From Octopus vulgaris (taxonomy: Eukaryota): 64,000 nucleotides of DNA. The notes under the pieces are model-generated. The model ran no database searches and had not been told where the DNA came from. It saw nothing but the letters and a program-made list of their open reading frames with translations. A program made the translations under genes and the position numbers. The DNA lies in assembly GCA_951406725.2 (NCBI GenBank), contig OX597817.1:126418001-126482000 (forward strand), written 5' to 3'. Shown here one piece after another: positions 27,137-40,786 of this stretch (positions are counted from its first letter, which is position 1; each line of letters begins with the position of its first letter).

Positions 27137-28630
27137 CTAGCAAATCCACCCATCTACGATGAAGGCATAAAATGAGGGAGGGAAATAATAATAGCAGTAT
27201 TTGTTCAGAAATGTGTAAATGGACTTGACTGATTACTGAGTGATGTCTTAGAAAAATCACATTAGTTTTGGTGATACATCATTCTATTGCAGTTATATGA
27301 CGTGTTTGCGACTGATGTATAATGACGATTCACTGCCGAACTGAAATAGGCTCAAAGTCTCTGTATCATGAAGGGTCTTGAGGACCACTCCTAAGAAAAG
27401 CCAGAGCTTCTTTGAACCACTACATAAGAAATATGAAGAAAAATTGTTACTTAGATATACTTTTATTTTAGTTATGTATACTAGTTTATGCTTGTATATA
27501 CACTAAGTATATTCAAAGTTCACAAATGTTCTTGCTTAAATTACGAATCATATTCCTTTCGATAATATCAATATGATAATGAAACTTCTTGGTAGAGGAT
27601 ATTTTCAGTTTGGAGGACAATTCCAAATTGCTGGATTCCGTTGCTCTGCTCATAGTGTGTGTAAACATCGGTATGTTGCTCTACAAATAGCGTGTGGAAA
27701 CATCGGTGTGAATAAAAATGCATTTACACGATCTAATGTCTGGCAGTGTGCCTTGTTTTCCGTGAATGCACGAGCGGAAACTTTAGCGTTGCAAACGCTC
27801 AAGCCATGACTTACCTCTCAGTCTTCTATGCGAATAATGTTTGGATGTACGGGTACCATGGATTATTTTGATTGACAAGACTGAGATGCAAACAACAGCC
27901 GCTTCGATTAACCGTTTCGAGTTCTGCTCGAGACTGAAGTACTTCCATAACCAATAAATAATTGCACACATTATATACTGACACGCATTTTTTCAATTTT
28001 ATTTTTACTATTAAACATCCTCGCGACCCTCTTCGTATCTACGATGGGGCCACGAACAATACGGTGAAAATCCAGAGTTAATCGTGATCTGTGCCTTTTT
28101 AATAAAAAGGCGAAGGTGGTTTATCCTTTCAAACATCGATATCTACGAAACAATACTTTCTGGTTATTTAATGCTAAGAACCTTTATGTCGACTTTGCAA
28201 TCCCGAAAAATATCATAACGATTGGTCCAGCCGCCTGGTCATGAAGAGGGAACAGACAAAGAGACGGACAGACAGACAGACGGACATAACGCCCATTATA
28301 GTAAGATAGCAAATATGCCTATCTACGATGGAAGAAACAGAGACAGTATCACAAATTCACAAATCTAAACCCTCTAAATTCACAAATTCCACCGGAGTGG
28401 GGCGGATCCAGAGTTAATCCGCATCCCCGGCATTTTAACTAAAAAGAGGAATTTATTAATCTAAAATTCAATATCCACTAAATAATCATACTTTATCACA
28501 TTTTTTTCTCTAAAAACCTTCCTGATTACCTCCTTCATAATCCCGAAAAACAACTGACCATTCGTCCAGCCATTTGAACGTGAAGATAGAACAAAAAGAA
28601 GGAAGGACATAATACCCATTATAGTAAGGT
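27137..28630 (-). mobile_element. Non-autonomous Helitron-like units, partly head-to-tail
   Basis: A minus-strand 3' end with hairpin catcgtagatg followed by CTAG-T lies at 27137. Two ~300-bp related units (about 28035-28306 and 28307-28630) start with a TC/CC-TTACTATAATGGG 5' end; one carries (CAGA)n. They join directly at 28306/28307. Confidence 0.55.
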
Positions 28631-29612
28631 ATGTGGCAAATTTTACTTCATTTTCCGACGTTGTTACCGTGTTAGCTTTAGCATAAGCATCTGTTGCGAT
28701 ATTTCCAGTAAGAAAGGACCCTTTAAAAACATATGTCGTCAAATATCACAGTATACTTTAATAGTATCCGAAGGAAATCAGATCCAAGTGAAGGTAAACG
28801 ACATTATTTTGCAGTCTTAGCTGCTCGGTGGTGTCGTATAAATATCTCACTCTTGAAACGAATTCGATATAGCCACGAAGAAGTATAAACAAATAATAGA
28901 AATATCTATTTTGCTGAAATGCAATCACACCGCATATCTTGGAGAAAATAAAAATTTTGTATCAGAATCAGTTCGATAATGTAAAATTTATAAATATTAC
29001 ATATATTCATGTACGTTTACGCGCGCATGACTTTGTATGTGTTACGGAAAATAGTACACATGTATCATCTTATATCATAAATATAAGGAGCTCACCTTTA
29101 TTAATGGTTTCTTAATTTTACATTCAAGTTAATGGAACAGAAAAATTATTTGTGCATGACTGACAATATTTTCTATATATGCAGACAAATAACTTTAAAC
29201 AATAAAAATATTTGAATTTAAATATACTCTTAAGCGATCATATATTTCAGTTTACGTTCTCTATGTTATTTTCATTTTCTAGTATTAAATATTCCACTAA
29301 TATTAGGAAACTAATCGGTGAAAAAAGAATGTATTTTTACACAAATTTTCTAGTTGACTGGTATTCAGCTGCATTAACACACATTTCTGCCTGAGGTTGA
29401 TAGGAAAATTTAAGCTAATGATGTAAAACCAATCTCATATAACTGAAATATTTGATATAATCTGTACATATTCACTAGATTTTATCTGAAATTATTCACA
29501 CTTATTTATATTATTTAAATTTGACGGATATTTGTCCTCATCTTGTATGTTGTTTACACATTTCGTCTGATATACTCTTCAGTTCTCATTCCTAAGTTAT
29601 TTTTCGATGTTT

Positions 29613-29677
<65 letters not shown>

Positions 29678-29704
29678 ATTATTATTATTATTATTATTAT
29701 TATA

Positions 29705-29746
<42 letters not shown>

Positions 29747-29786
29747 CTTATTATTATTATACTTATTATTATTATACTTATTATTA

Positions 29787-29850
<64 letters not shown>

Positions 29851-29873
29851 CATTATTATTATTATTATTATGG

Positions 29874-29947
29874 AGGTCACTGCTTGGAATCGAACTCGGA
29901 TTCTTGGGGTTAGTAGCCCGCGCTCCTAACCCCTACACCATATGCCC
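29874..29947 (-). other. tRNA-derived segment (Arg-like, not a functional tRNA) inside a PLE pLTR
   Basis: ggcatatggtgtaggggttaggagcgcgggCTACTAAccccaagaatccgaGTTCGATTCCaagc has an A box, a 7-nt anticodon-like loop and a B box, but no good acceptor stem. A second copy lies at 40801-40874. Confidence 0.65.
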
Positions 29948-29951
29948 CAAG

Positions 29952-29995
29952 ACACCTGATGAAGGTTGGAGGGTATATCAGTCGAAACGTTGTGA
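29952..29995 (+). ncRNA. Minimal hammerhead ribozyme (PLE type)
   Basis: acac-CTGATGA-a-ggttg-gagggtatat-cagtc-GAAAC-GTT-gtga. Stem I is cac/gtg; palindromic AACGTT replaces stem III, as in dimer-forming minimal PLE hammerheads. Confidence 0.7.
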
Positions 29996-30472
29996 TAACA
30001 AGAAACAAGATGAAGACAAATGTCCATCAAATGTAAATAATGTACATAATTCCTCATCTCTTAAATATAGAACTGTATTATTATTCCCCCTTTTTTCGCA
30101 TGAAAATCTTGTATCTTTTTCTAAGATGTATTTCTGAAAAGTTCGTAGATATATAGGGCTTATGAGACAACATATTTTGCGACTGAATTACTTTTAATGG
30201 CACTTTCTAAAATATTGTAGCAGGTACTTCAATATAATCCGGAAATCTCGAGCGAACATAATAGGTATGGGTGTCTTATGTGAGATAATATTTATGTCAT
30301 TGTAGCAGTTTGCATGCAATTTTATTTTAAAAGTATACAAAGAATAGGTCTGTCCAAACCTAATTACATTTCTGTAGGAAACCGCAATCACTTTTGCGTA
30401 TATACCTCTAACTTGGACATTTCAGAATACTTATTCATAATCTAAATTTTACTGAACATATATCTATATATT

Positions 30473-30790
30473 GAGACCCTCTTCGGTAACGAAACTGGCC
30501 ATGGGGCTGCACCTAGAAAGTTACTCCCCCAAGCACAAGCCCGGGCAATGTTGTTTACGGAAGACCAGCAGTCACCCATGCATACCAGCCTCCCCTCTCC
30601 ACGCCACCAGTGTTATCCAAGGGAAAAGCTTCGTACCTGTGACTTCGCAACTAATTTCTACAGATGAGTAAACTGGAGCAACGTGCAATAAAGTGATTTG
30701 CTCAAGAACAGAACACGCAGCCCGGTCCAGGATTCAAGCTCACAACCTCACGATCGTAGGCTCGACGCTCTAACCACTGAGCCATGCTCC
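30473..30790 (-). mobile_element. tRNA-derived SINE with CORE-like central domain, family D
   Basis: The minus head ggagcatggctcagtggttagagcgtcgagcct..gagcttgaatcctgg carries A/B boxes and is followed by ttcttgagcaaatcactttatt..ttgctccagtttactca. Confidence 0.8.
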
Positions 30791-30814
30791 GGAAAAATGC
30801 AGGTCATAGAGCTC

Positions 30815-31560
30815 TAAAATGTGGGAGTTAAGGCTCCTATTGCGAGTGGGTGTCAACCAGAGAAGTTGAACTGTTGAGAACCTTTTGAAACTGGGTCTTA
30901 TATCTATTGTTCGAATTTCTTTGAAATAGGAAATATATGTATGTTCACTGGGTTCCTCACCATATAGGTGACAGGCAATTGTAAGAGAGTGAATAAATTC
31001 AAACATTAACAGTTGTGTGACGTGAGGGCTAAGGGGAAATGATATTGTCACATCTGAAGTTTGCAAATTACCACTATACCGATAGGTAATTGGACAGAGT
31101 AAATTTAAAATCGATAAATGTCTCTGAATAACCAGTCACTCATCTTGGAAGGCCTTGAAATCAGTGCAACTCTATTCGTCTTTGCTTAGATAAAATGACT
31201 AAATTGTGGGTTAAGTCTTTCTCACTTTTAAGAAAATGAAAATTTTAGACATATAACTTTATTTGTGTCTAATATTTATGATTAAAATTTCATCAACAGC
31301 AAAAATATATGAATTTTCTGGGGGTTATGACCCTTATGCATAGAATATAATTTCCATTCAGTACATTTGACCTTGTTTTGGATCATAAAAAATGACTAAA
31401 ATTTGGGAGTTAAGGCTCCCATTGGGGGTCTTAGAATCCTTATGTAAAGTGGAAACTTTGAGAATAGTTCTTGATGTGTGTTAATTACCTATGGTTGAAA
31501 TTTCATCAACATCGATAATTTAAGAATTTTCATGGGGGTTCTGCCCCACTTTAAGCCATC
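30815..31560. repeat. Interspersed repeat with internal duplications
   Basis: aaaat.tgggagttaaggctcc occurs near 30816 and 31398; aaatttcatcaaca...gaatttt..tgggggtt occurs near 31285 and 31498. Confidence 0.45.
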
Positions 31561-31837
31561 TGAAATTCAAACCAAACATAGTGCATTATATCCGCTCTTA
31601 TGCATTGAATCGAAGTTTCAAATATCATAAGGATCCATTCAGTAATTTTGGTCCATGTAATTGTATGAGAAAGACAGAATTACCCTTCTCCCAAGGATTG
31701 AATTTTGCCTTCAAAATTTCATTAGGATCGGTGCAGTAGATTTTGAACACACATAAAGACATTGACTTTATATAATAGATATGAATATGCACATATACTT
31801 ACATGTATATATGTGTGCGTGTGTGTAATATATATAT

Positions 31838-31891
<54 letters not shown>

Positions 31892-31947
31892 GCACAAAAA
31901 GATACATTGATAGGTACAACAGGCTGGGCAAAGAAAAATATGAGACA

Positions 31948-32267
31948 CCCCTAGTGCTTTTGATAAGCCTGGTACTTATTCTATCAATTTCTTCTTGTCA
32001 AATCAGCAAATTATGGGGATGTAAATAAACGAACAACAGTTGTAAAGCAGTGATGAGGGAGAAACACTGAGACAAAGGCATACACATACGTTTGCATATA
32101 TACATTATATATGCGATTGATTTCTTTCAGTTTCTGTATACGAAATCCACTCACAAGGCTTTGGCTTGTCTGAGGCTATAGCATGCCAAGTCACCACACA
32201 GTGGGACTGAACCCAGGACTATGTATTTTGGAACCACGTTTTTTACCACACAGCCACAGCTGCACCT
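31948..32267 (-). mobile_element. SINE family B copy
   Basis: Shares aaatccactcacaaggc, gtgggactgaaccc and ttaccacacagccac with 20604-21003. Confidence 0.8.
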
Positions 32268-32484
32268 ATGTATATGTGTGTGTATGTGTATATATTTTTA
32301 TATGGGTGTATATATACATGCATGTATATATGTATGTACGTGTTATATGTACATCTCTATATATACATCTACACATATACATGCATACATATACATGTAT
32401 ACACATACATTTATATATACATGTATATATATATATATACATCTATATATATATATACATGTATACGTATATATATATATGTCC

Positions 32485-32589
<105 letters not shown>

Positions 32590-32689
32590 TATAGTTTAAT
32601 AGTTTCAGTACTAAAGTGAAAATATCCGACATTACAATAGAGAGATGTTAGTGTTTCACTGTTGACACATAATACTGAAATAGTGGAGA

Positions 32690-32905
32690 AGATATGATAT
32701 TGGTGTGGACTCGCACTAAGCAAGAAGGTAAACATATTTGGGGTATCTGACACTACATGGACCCTAGATAAGGCATGTGTAAACCTTGAATGAAATTTGT
32801 TGTGTAGTTCTCAAGTTTTAGGGATTCACACAGACAGGCAGACAGACAGACATACAGACAGACAGACACACATTCTCACCTTTATATATAGAGAGATAGA
32901 TAGAT
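32690..32905 (-). mobile_element. Non-autonomous Helitron-like 5' end with (CAGA)n
   Basis: (CAGA)n followed by cacattctcacctttatatatagagagat, an architecture similar to the 28035-28630 units. Confidence 0.4.
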
Positions 32906-33257
32906 GTAGTTATATAAGCCATGTTATATAGATTCAACTAGTACGGTAGTATTCATAAAGAAAGTTCCGTAGTTTGTCATATCATAAATCTTATATATGA
33001 GATTTGATATTACCATATCAAATATAATATGATATGGTAATATGCATGAAAAGAAAGAATAAGGAGAATGTAAAGACGTAAATGATGGAGAAAAATGACG
33101 AATTTTATTTAGGAATAAACATTGAACAATCACTACAAATTTGTTTCGTTAGTCCAAAATATGTAAATTGCTTATATTATCGTATTTAATAAACAAGTTG
33201 CTCACATGCCTGCATTAATTCGAAATACGAGAAGTTCACTGAAATAGTTTAATTGTT

Positions 33258-34027
33258 AAATACACCTTAATTTTAATACACCTTCTCGACATTATGATAT
33301 ACGAACGCTGCATGCATGCATTTATTTCATGAAATACTTTGCAAAAGTTTTTCACCCTTCCGGCTATTCAGAGAAATAAATTTTGAGATATCCAATTTTC
33401 TCAAAACTCTTTGAAGTTGGATATAGTTCTTACGCTACGAAATTTAGGGCAATCTTAAAATTTCCATTTCTATGAATCGCGTGTAACGTCTCTGTTGTAG
33501 AATACAATATAACGTTAATTTTGCACTGCAAACTCTAACGAATGTTTAAAGATAACTGGATATTTGAAGACTGTTTGGATGTGAAAACATGCGTAAAATG
33601 TGTACATATTTGAATTATTTATGACAAGTATTTATGTTTGTGATTGAAATATTTTAACGACATGTGAAACTCTTTTGATTATCTACACCCGTTTACCTAA
33701 ACCAGTTTACATATAAATATTTCTGCTCTATTAAATAATCTAACTTCAGTTAATTTGTATCATAGACTTGAGGTTAACATCGAATATATTTCATCACATT
33801 CTCACAGAGATATTTTTATATGACCAACTCTTCTAAAGTGACTAATTTTGGTTCACTGGTTGAGTATCTAATATCTAATATAAATAATATGTAGAAATTG
33901 GGTTAAACACACCTCAATTTTAATACACCTTCTCGACATTATGATATACGAACGCTGTATGCATGCATTTATTTTTTGAGTATTTACTAAATCTGGTTCT
34001 TCCTATTCAGAGAAATAAATTTTGAGG
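33258..34027. repeat. ~125-bp direct repeat pair (33258-33388 and 33905-34027)
   Basis: ttttaatacaccttctcgacattatgatatacgaacgctg.atgcatgcatttattt and ctattcagagaaataaattttgag each occur twice. Confidence 0.7.
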
Positions 34028-36016
34028 TTTAGTTCTGACGACATAAGGATTTGCGATAGAAAAGAAAAAAAACTCTGACCCCAGTTAGGATGTAAAACAC
34101 TGAGGGTTCTTTGTCATATATTTTTCACAACTAAATAAACCACGATAATAATGAAAAACACCAAATTACGTTCTTCGTGATATAAAGTAAAATATGTGTT
34201 GCAACATTCAGTATGTTCCACAGTTATGTCACAATGCAAAGTGACGTTATTCATTAGGAAATGGAAGATATTTGAAAACATACACAGTATAATATCTTCA
34301 GGAAAGTTGTCCCGCTGTAAAGTATTTATTAGTAGGGTTACTCTGGAATCAGTCGGTAACTTTTTGCCTGTATTCATGAAACAAGTACCACAATGTCAGC
34401 TAATGTGCAAATTAGCACTTATTGAGAATATTGTGATCTAGGTCTACAATTAACATTTACAAATATTTCATGCATTGTCTCTCATATTTGAGAACATGTA
34501 CGTTGTATCTATAACTACTGAACATCAGTTATGCAAGTTCGAATCAATCAATAGAAAGTTTGTAGATATTTTCCTCAGGAAGAAAATTAAAAATGGCGAA
34601 GTATAATTCTCGTTGATATTAGAATACATATATCATATAGCCGAATACGCCACCATTATTGGAATATCTACTAAATCATTTCGGGATGGGCGCAATATTC
34701 ACATACAATGTAATATGACCTACTTATTTGTTTTCTGTTGCGTCTGAGCTTTTGTTCTTTATTCTGAGCTTAATACTTCAAAATCGGGTTATGTTACTCT
34801 TGTTATGGAAAATCCGAACATAAACAACCAGAAGCACTTCCAAAATTTTTAATATTATCAAGCAAGCGCACTACCATGATAACCTTATATTTTTTTCTGT
34901 GAAAATCTTTGTTTTTATTTTATTATTTGAATTTATTAAGATAGATAATTTGAAGACATTATCACTATTATTTGAAAAGCCCTTCAATAGTTATTAGACG
35001 TATTTTAGGGAAAATGTTTTTTGAACCAAATAAGAAAACGTTTTATGAAAAGTTTTCTTTTTATATTTAAGGCGGTAATCAGCAATTGTTATCGCAATTC
35101 CTGAATAAGTCCCTCTGTAAATCCCATACATGACAGCTAAGTGTTTTACGTCAATGGAATCATTAGCAGGTCTATAATATTTAGATGGAAATGAAAACCT
35201 ATATTTTTATAGATAAGATGCATTAAATTTCGTAGTATAGTGAACAAAATGGAAGGGAACTAAGTGGATACTCACATCGGTATTCTGGTTGAAAATTATA
35301 TTAACCAAATTATGCATAAATTTATTTGCACTCATTGCTAGGTATGCGAACTTCGAACACCATGTGAGAAATATATCAACAAAATGGAGATTGCTGATCT
35401 GAAATACTAAGATGCAATATAGAAAGGGAGGAAACACTCAATAATATGGTACAAAATATCATGAACAAGGGGAGAAGAGAATATAATAAAAACAGCAGCA
35501 ATAATCATGATAATGGGGAGGAATTCATGAATACAATGGAAAAGCTGGTAGATATAAATATGGCGTAGTAGTGAGTAAAAATAAAGGTGAAAGAGCCTTG
35601 ACGAAGCGAAGGTGTAGGAGTCGAAGTGTAGTTACACTGCAACACATTTTGCCTTTTTCAGTGTAAGCAACACTATCACTATGCTAATAAGAATAAATGT
35701 TACTTGAAAATGTTAGGAAAAACACTAAGAATTTTAAGTAAAAATCATAATAAAATGTCCAGCATATAATGAACAAGAAATACTTAAAAGAGAGATTGAG
35801 AATTTTTCTCTGATGTATAGATATATGAGACTTAGTTAAACAGTTAACACATTTAAATATCACATGATTGGAAAGATAGAAATAAACAAATATTTTTTTT
35901 AACACAAAGTTGATTTTTTATCTGTAAAATCAACAGGCTTTTTTCTTTTAAACTTGCTAAATTTGTCATACGTACTTTCGTAATCATAAACCAGAAAAAA
36001 TTAAACTAAGAAAATA

Positions 36017-36026
36017 TAATAATAAT

Positions 36027-36103
<77 letters not shown>

Positions 36104-36120
36104 TGATGATGATGATGATG

Positions 36121-36217
<97 letters not shown>

Positions 36218-36240
36218 TAATAATAACAACAACAACAATA
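36017..36240. repeat. (AAT)n/(GAT)n microsatellite
   Basis: Direct reading. Confidence 0.95.
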
Positions 36241-36695
36241 ATCGATTTCATTTCAGTCGGTTTCTTTTTCTCGTTTACAAAACACAAAACTGTGTAAGCA
36301 TTAACAAAAATGGAAAACTTATGTATTTATTGATTTAGTTGATATATACTTTTCTTTCATATAATGTTTGAAATGTGTTTTTTTTTTTATTTTCGTTTTA
36401 ATTTTAATTTTCGTATATTCTATTTCTCAAAAACTTTTCTACCATCAACGTTTTAGCAGTTTTACTCATCACTTCTCAGTTTAATGATGGCAACATAAGA
36501 AATATCTTTGAAAATCTGAAAATGCTGCAAATATGAGCTCCTCCTCCTCATTTTCTTTGCATAGATACATAAATAGATGCACAAACGCACGCACGAACAC
36601 ATACGCACACTCACGTACACACATATCGCTTTCCATTTTTCAGATTTTGCCTCTGCTACTGAAATTTTGTCTTTCTCACACATACACACTTTATA

Positions 36696-36740
<45 letters not shown>

Positions 36741-38531
36741 TTACATATACATATGTATATATGTATATATTTTGAGAGAGAGAATGAGGACAGACGGGGT
36801 AGAGGAGAGAGAGATGGAAAGAGGGAGGGAGAGAAATACATACTTGTATAAATGAACATTCACACGCATACATACGTATAAGATTTTAATAGTTACTGAG
36901 TTACATAGTACGCCTGTGTGTTGGCGTATACAATGTTAGTAAAATAACTTAGAATATGACACTGCATCTTACATGGAGTATGTGTTCAAGTGTTACATAT
37001 ACCTGATGTTCTCTATTTAATAGATTCTTGAATTCTGTTTCTATGCGTAGGTGCTAAGATCGAAGATATTTACTTGAACTTAAATTTATTCTTGAAATTA
37101 CACGTTTTCATATCTTTTTATGAATACCTTAAACTGACATTTCTGCGCATATATATCTAAAGCCTTGATTTTTAGATATAATCGGATATAATCTTAGACG
37201 TATATACAAACATTGCAAAGAACTTATCCTGGCGGGAGATATCTGCTTCGTCTAAACGTTCTGAACTGGTGTAAAATAGATCGTTACACATTTCTGCAAT
37301 GTAGAACCTGTCAAATGACAGTTATATTTAGTTTTGCTACCTGTCTACATAGCTATCATCATGACTGCAGTGTATCTTTCCAAACGGAAACAATTTTGCT
37401 GAAGTGTAACCATACAGCTATATAGAAAAACATAGGTACTTCGGTTTCCAGTAAGGCAATGAATTCTAATTTCAGAGCTTTCTGAATTTGTATTTACCTG
37501 TTACACTAATACTTGTGAACCATTCACCACTGGCCAAAATTCAGTTCTATGATTGCAGTCTATTTACTTTTCAAATTTTCTCAATAAAGCAGTTCATATA
37601 TTGCACTGTTTCAGTGTGCTTTTAACCTTCAGTAATGTCATGTGCTTAACTAAACGAATTTCTTGACGTATTTGTTTGAGATATAATTTTCCCTTTCCTC
37701 ATAGCTAGATCATAGAATGTAACTGTTTCAAATTTTCTGCTTTCCTGTCTAAATATTAGTTCATTAATCTTTCAGGATTTTACAATTTTCTTCGGAAGTA
37801 ATTAAGTACACGTTTTCAAAAATTCCTGCGTAGGATTCTTTCAAGTAGTTTCACCTTAACGTTCGTGTCTCTTGAGATTTTAAACTGGAGCACAAGACGA
37901 TTGATGGCGATATGTGGATTTCCTATGAAAAGTATGCTATAACTTAAAGGATATCAGAGCTCATGATTTTAGCATATTCTTGGACATAAAGGCAATTGAA
38001 CCACACTGAATAAACATATTCAATACCAGTTATTAAATATACACATTCAGTTTCTTCTTCATATCATCACCTTTATATATACTTTTCTCTCTATTTCATT
38101 TTCATAAGTGTCGGCCAATTCATCCTCATTTAATTCGATTTTACCCCACACAACGTTTTTCTCTGTCATTCTGTTTTAATGCCTTATTAATCAACACTTT
38201 CACCAGTTCAAACTCCACTCATTTACTTATTTATTTATAATATTTTTATAAAATTTTCGTTGATTCTTGCAAATTTTCTACAGTCGTTGAATCTGTCCGT
38301 TTTCGGAGCTGCATTTTTATTTATTTGTTTTGCTTGTGTGTGCGCGTGAGTGTACATGTGTATACGCACATTTATGTATGTATATATGTGTGTATGTGGA
38401 ATGTGCGTGTGTATATATGATCATATTTCCGTCTCATTTTGTGCATTTATGTGTATGTACATGTCTGTCCGTATTACCTATGTAGCTATCTATCTTCTTA
38501 TCTATATTTGCCTACATATCCATTTACCTAT

Positions 38532-38602
<71 letters not shown>

Positions 38603-38619
38603 TATATAACAGGAAACGT

Positions 38620-39135
38620 GTATGTATAAACTCTGGGTACTGGGGTATCACTACCTTCTACGTGTATCTCCTATTTAGCACAGGAGGTGTTTCATTTAAG
38701 TGGTCGTACTCCTCTATTTGTATGTGTTGGGTCATTCGGGTGCTTGGATAAAATGCAGATGTTAAATCGATCCAGTATGGAATCCTCAAAGGAATACGTC
38801 CTTCATAACTGTCATCTGATGGAGTTCACTGGCTTTTCAACGATCTTAATGTCGTGTTTGCTTTCCGTCACAATTTTCCTAAATCTTCGGGATAATTCTC
38901 CATGGGCTGTGGACTCTACAAACATCACTCCTTAATATTTGTCGGCCTTGTACCATGTGTTCACCCTGTTTGATTTGTCACAATCTCTCCACATCCTACT
39001 TGAGTCTTTACCTCTGTATCCAGGGCGGGCAGCACTGGTTTCATTATATATAATGCTATGTTTCTAGATTCCTTGTATACGCGAATCCTATCTTTCTGGT
39101 CATATCTCTGGTTATATCTAGGCATTAAAATCAGA
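38620..39135 (-). mobile_element. Penelope-like element fragment of a different clade (thumb to GIY-YIG linker)
   Basis: RPGYRGKDSSRMWRDCDKSNRVNTWYKADKY*GVMFVESTAHGELSRRFRKIVTESKHDIKIVEKPVNSIR*QL resembles the PLE segment RP.YR..W..TWY..V.FV..TP.GEL..IKVVE..G. Confidence 0.6.
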
Positions 39136-39243
39136 AGCATTAGGACAAAATGACTCCCCCAAGACACAACAAAATATGCCTCAACACACGAATTCGCATA
39201 AAAAAAACTTGCAGACAATACACAAAAACGAAATGCATGTATG

Positions 39244-39378
<135 letters not shown>

Positions 39379-39894
39379 ATGTAGGCTTTCGTTTATGGTT
39401 TAAGTTTTCCTTCAGAGTTCTGCAGCCTGTCGCTAACAAAGTGGCAGAGCTTTTTGAGTTCTCGGTGAATATAAATACGTGATTGAGTTCGTGCAAATGT
39501 TTGCAAAGGGTAATTTTTGGAATGTCTTACAAATATTCAGAATGGCAATAATAGATTTGATTTGAATAATCTGCGTCAATTTCTGTTATTCTTTCTCCGT
39601 GAAACTGAATATCATAATACACCAATGACGGCAGATGCAAATGAGAATTCATAGCCAGAGGGCAATGCTGTAATGTTCGTATTAATCCGTTAGTAATGTT
39701 CATTTTTTCAGGGCATTTGATTGTCTATTCACCACTGTTGGGTAGTTAACCTCTACAACAGTGCATGATTTCGTTAGTTGTTCCACAGAATATTATCACG
39801 TCTGTTTTCTATTGGAATGTTCCTCCAGTTTTCCTTACAGTCCTATATATAAGAGATGAGTTATTATATACATTATTTACATCGATGCTTTCGA

Positions 39895-39971
<77 letters not shown>

Positions 39972-39974
39972 TAT

Positions 39975-40124
39975 GTTTTACTTTTGCTTTATGTCTGTAC
40001 AAGTTGGCTCCAAGTCTCACCCAGAGACCTCAAGAGACAACAGGTTGGAAGTTCTGTGCCATATATATGGGGTTTTTTTTTTGGTGTTGTACTAGTGAAT
40101 GTCTAATACATAAAAAAAATAAAA

Positions 40125-40155
<31 letters not shown>

Positions 40156-40701
40156 AAACAAATAAAAGTTTGTTTTAAACCTTGGGATTACATAGAGAGT
40201 ATTTTGCGTAGGATATGAGCAGTTCCCATGAGCACTATCTTTTGAATTTCTGCCATTTTGGGGTTTCCTGGTACCTGAGTTAGGTAGCAATCAGTCCCTT
40301 TCGCTATCATTCCCAGGGGACCTATGACTACAGGTATTGTTTTAGTCTTCAGCTTCTTATTTCTATTTCAAGATCTTTAAATTTGCTCAGTTTTTGGTAG
40401 GTCTTGACAGATACGTTTATATCGATTGGGACAGTCATATCAATGAGGAGGCATGTTCTTTGTCTGAAGTCTTTCAATATGATGTATGGCCTATTTGCAT
40501 CTATCTTCCTGTCAGTTTGAATGGTGAAGTTCCAGAGGAGTGAGATGTGGTCATTTTCAAGCACAGGAGGTGGATTGTGTTCCCACCAGTTTTTTTTTTC
40601 CCACCAGTTTTTTTCCCACCAGTTTTTTTCATGGGGCAAATCCAGGTTTTTACAAATTACCCAGTGAATATATTGTGCAGCTCTATCATGCCTACTGAGG
40701 T
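39975..40701 (-). mobile_element. R4/Dong-like LINE 3' end (REL endonuclease + 3' UTR)
   Basis: YLSRHDRAAQYIHWVIC, WWEHNPPPVLENDHISLLWNFTIQTDRKIDANRPYII..CLLIDMTVPIDINV..KLSKFKDLEIEI and IPVVIG. (ATT)n lies on both sides. Confidence 0.85.
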
Positions 40702-40702
40702 A

Positions 40703-40786
<84 letters not shown>

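Larger units (their letters stand above)
29507..30077 (-). mobile_element. Penelope-like pLTR: tRNA-like head + (AAT)n + hammerhead region, with an inverted terminal copy
   Basis: 29507-29582 is the reverse complement of about 29970-30050. (ATT)n spans 29615-29870, a tRNA-like segment 29874-29947 (minus) and a hammerhead 29952-29995 (plus). The same modules flank the PLE ORF at 39836-41495. Confidence 0.75.

Noticed and set aside
29874-29947. Functional tRNA gene (ACT anticodon)
   Set aside because: No proper acceptor stem, and it is embedded in a repeat present twice, so it is treated as tRNA-derived.
39415-39465. Plus-strand 49-nt exon candidate (ttccttcag|...cg|gtgaat)
   Set aside because: Isolated, with no partner exons or recognisable peptide.
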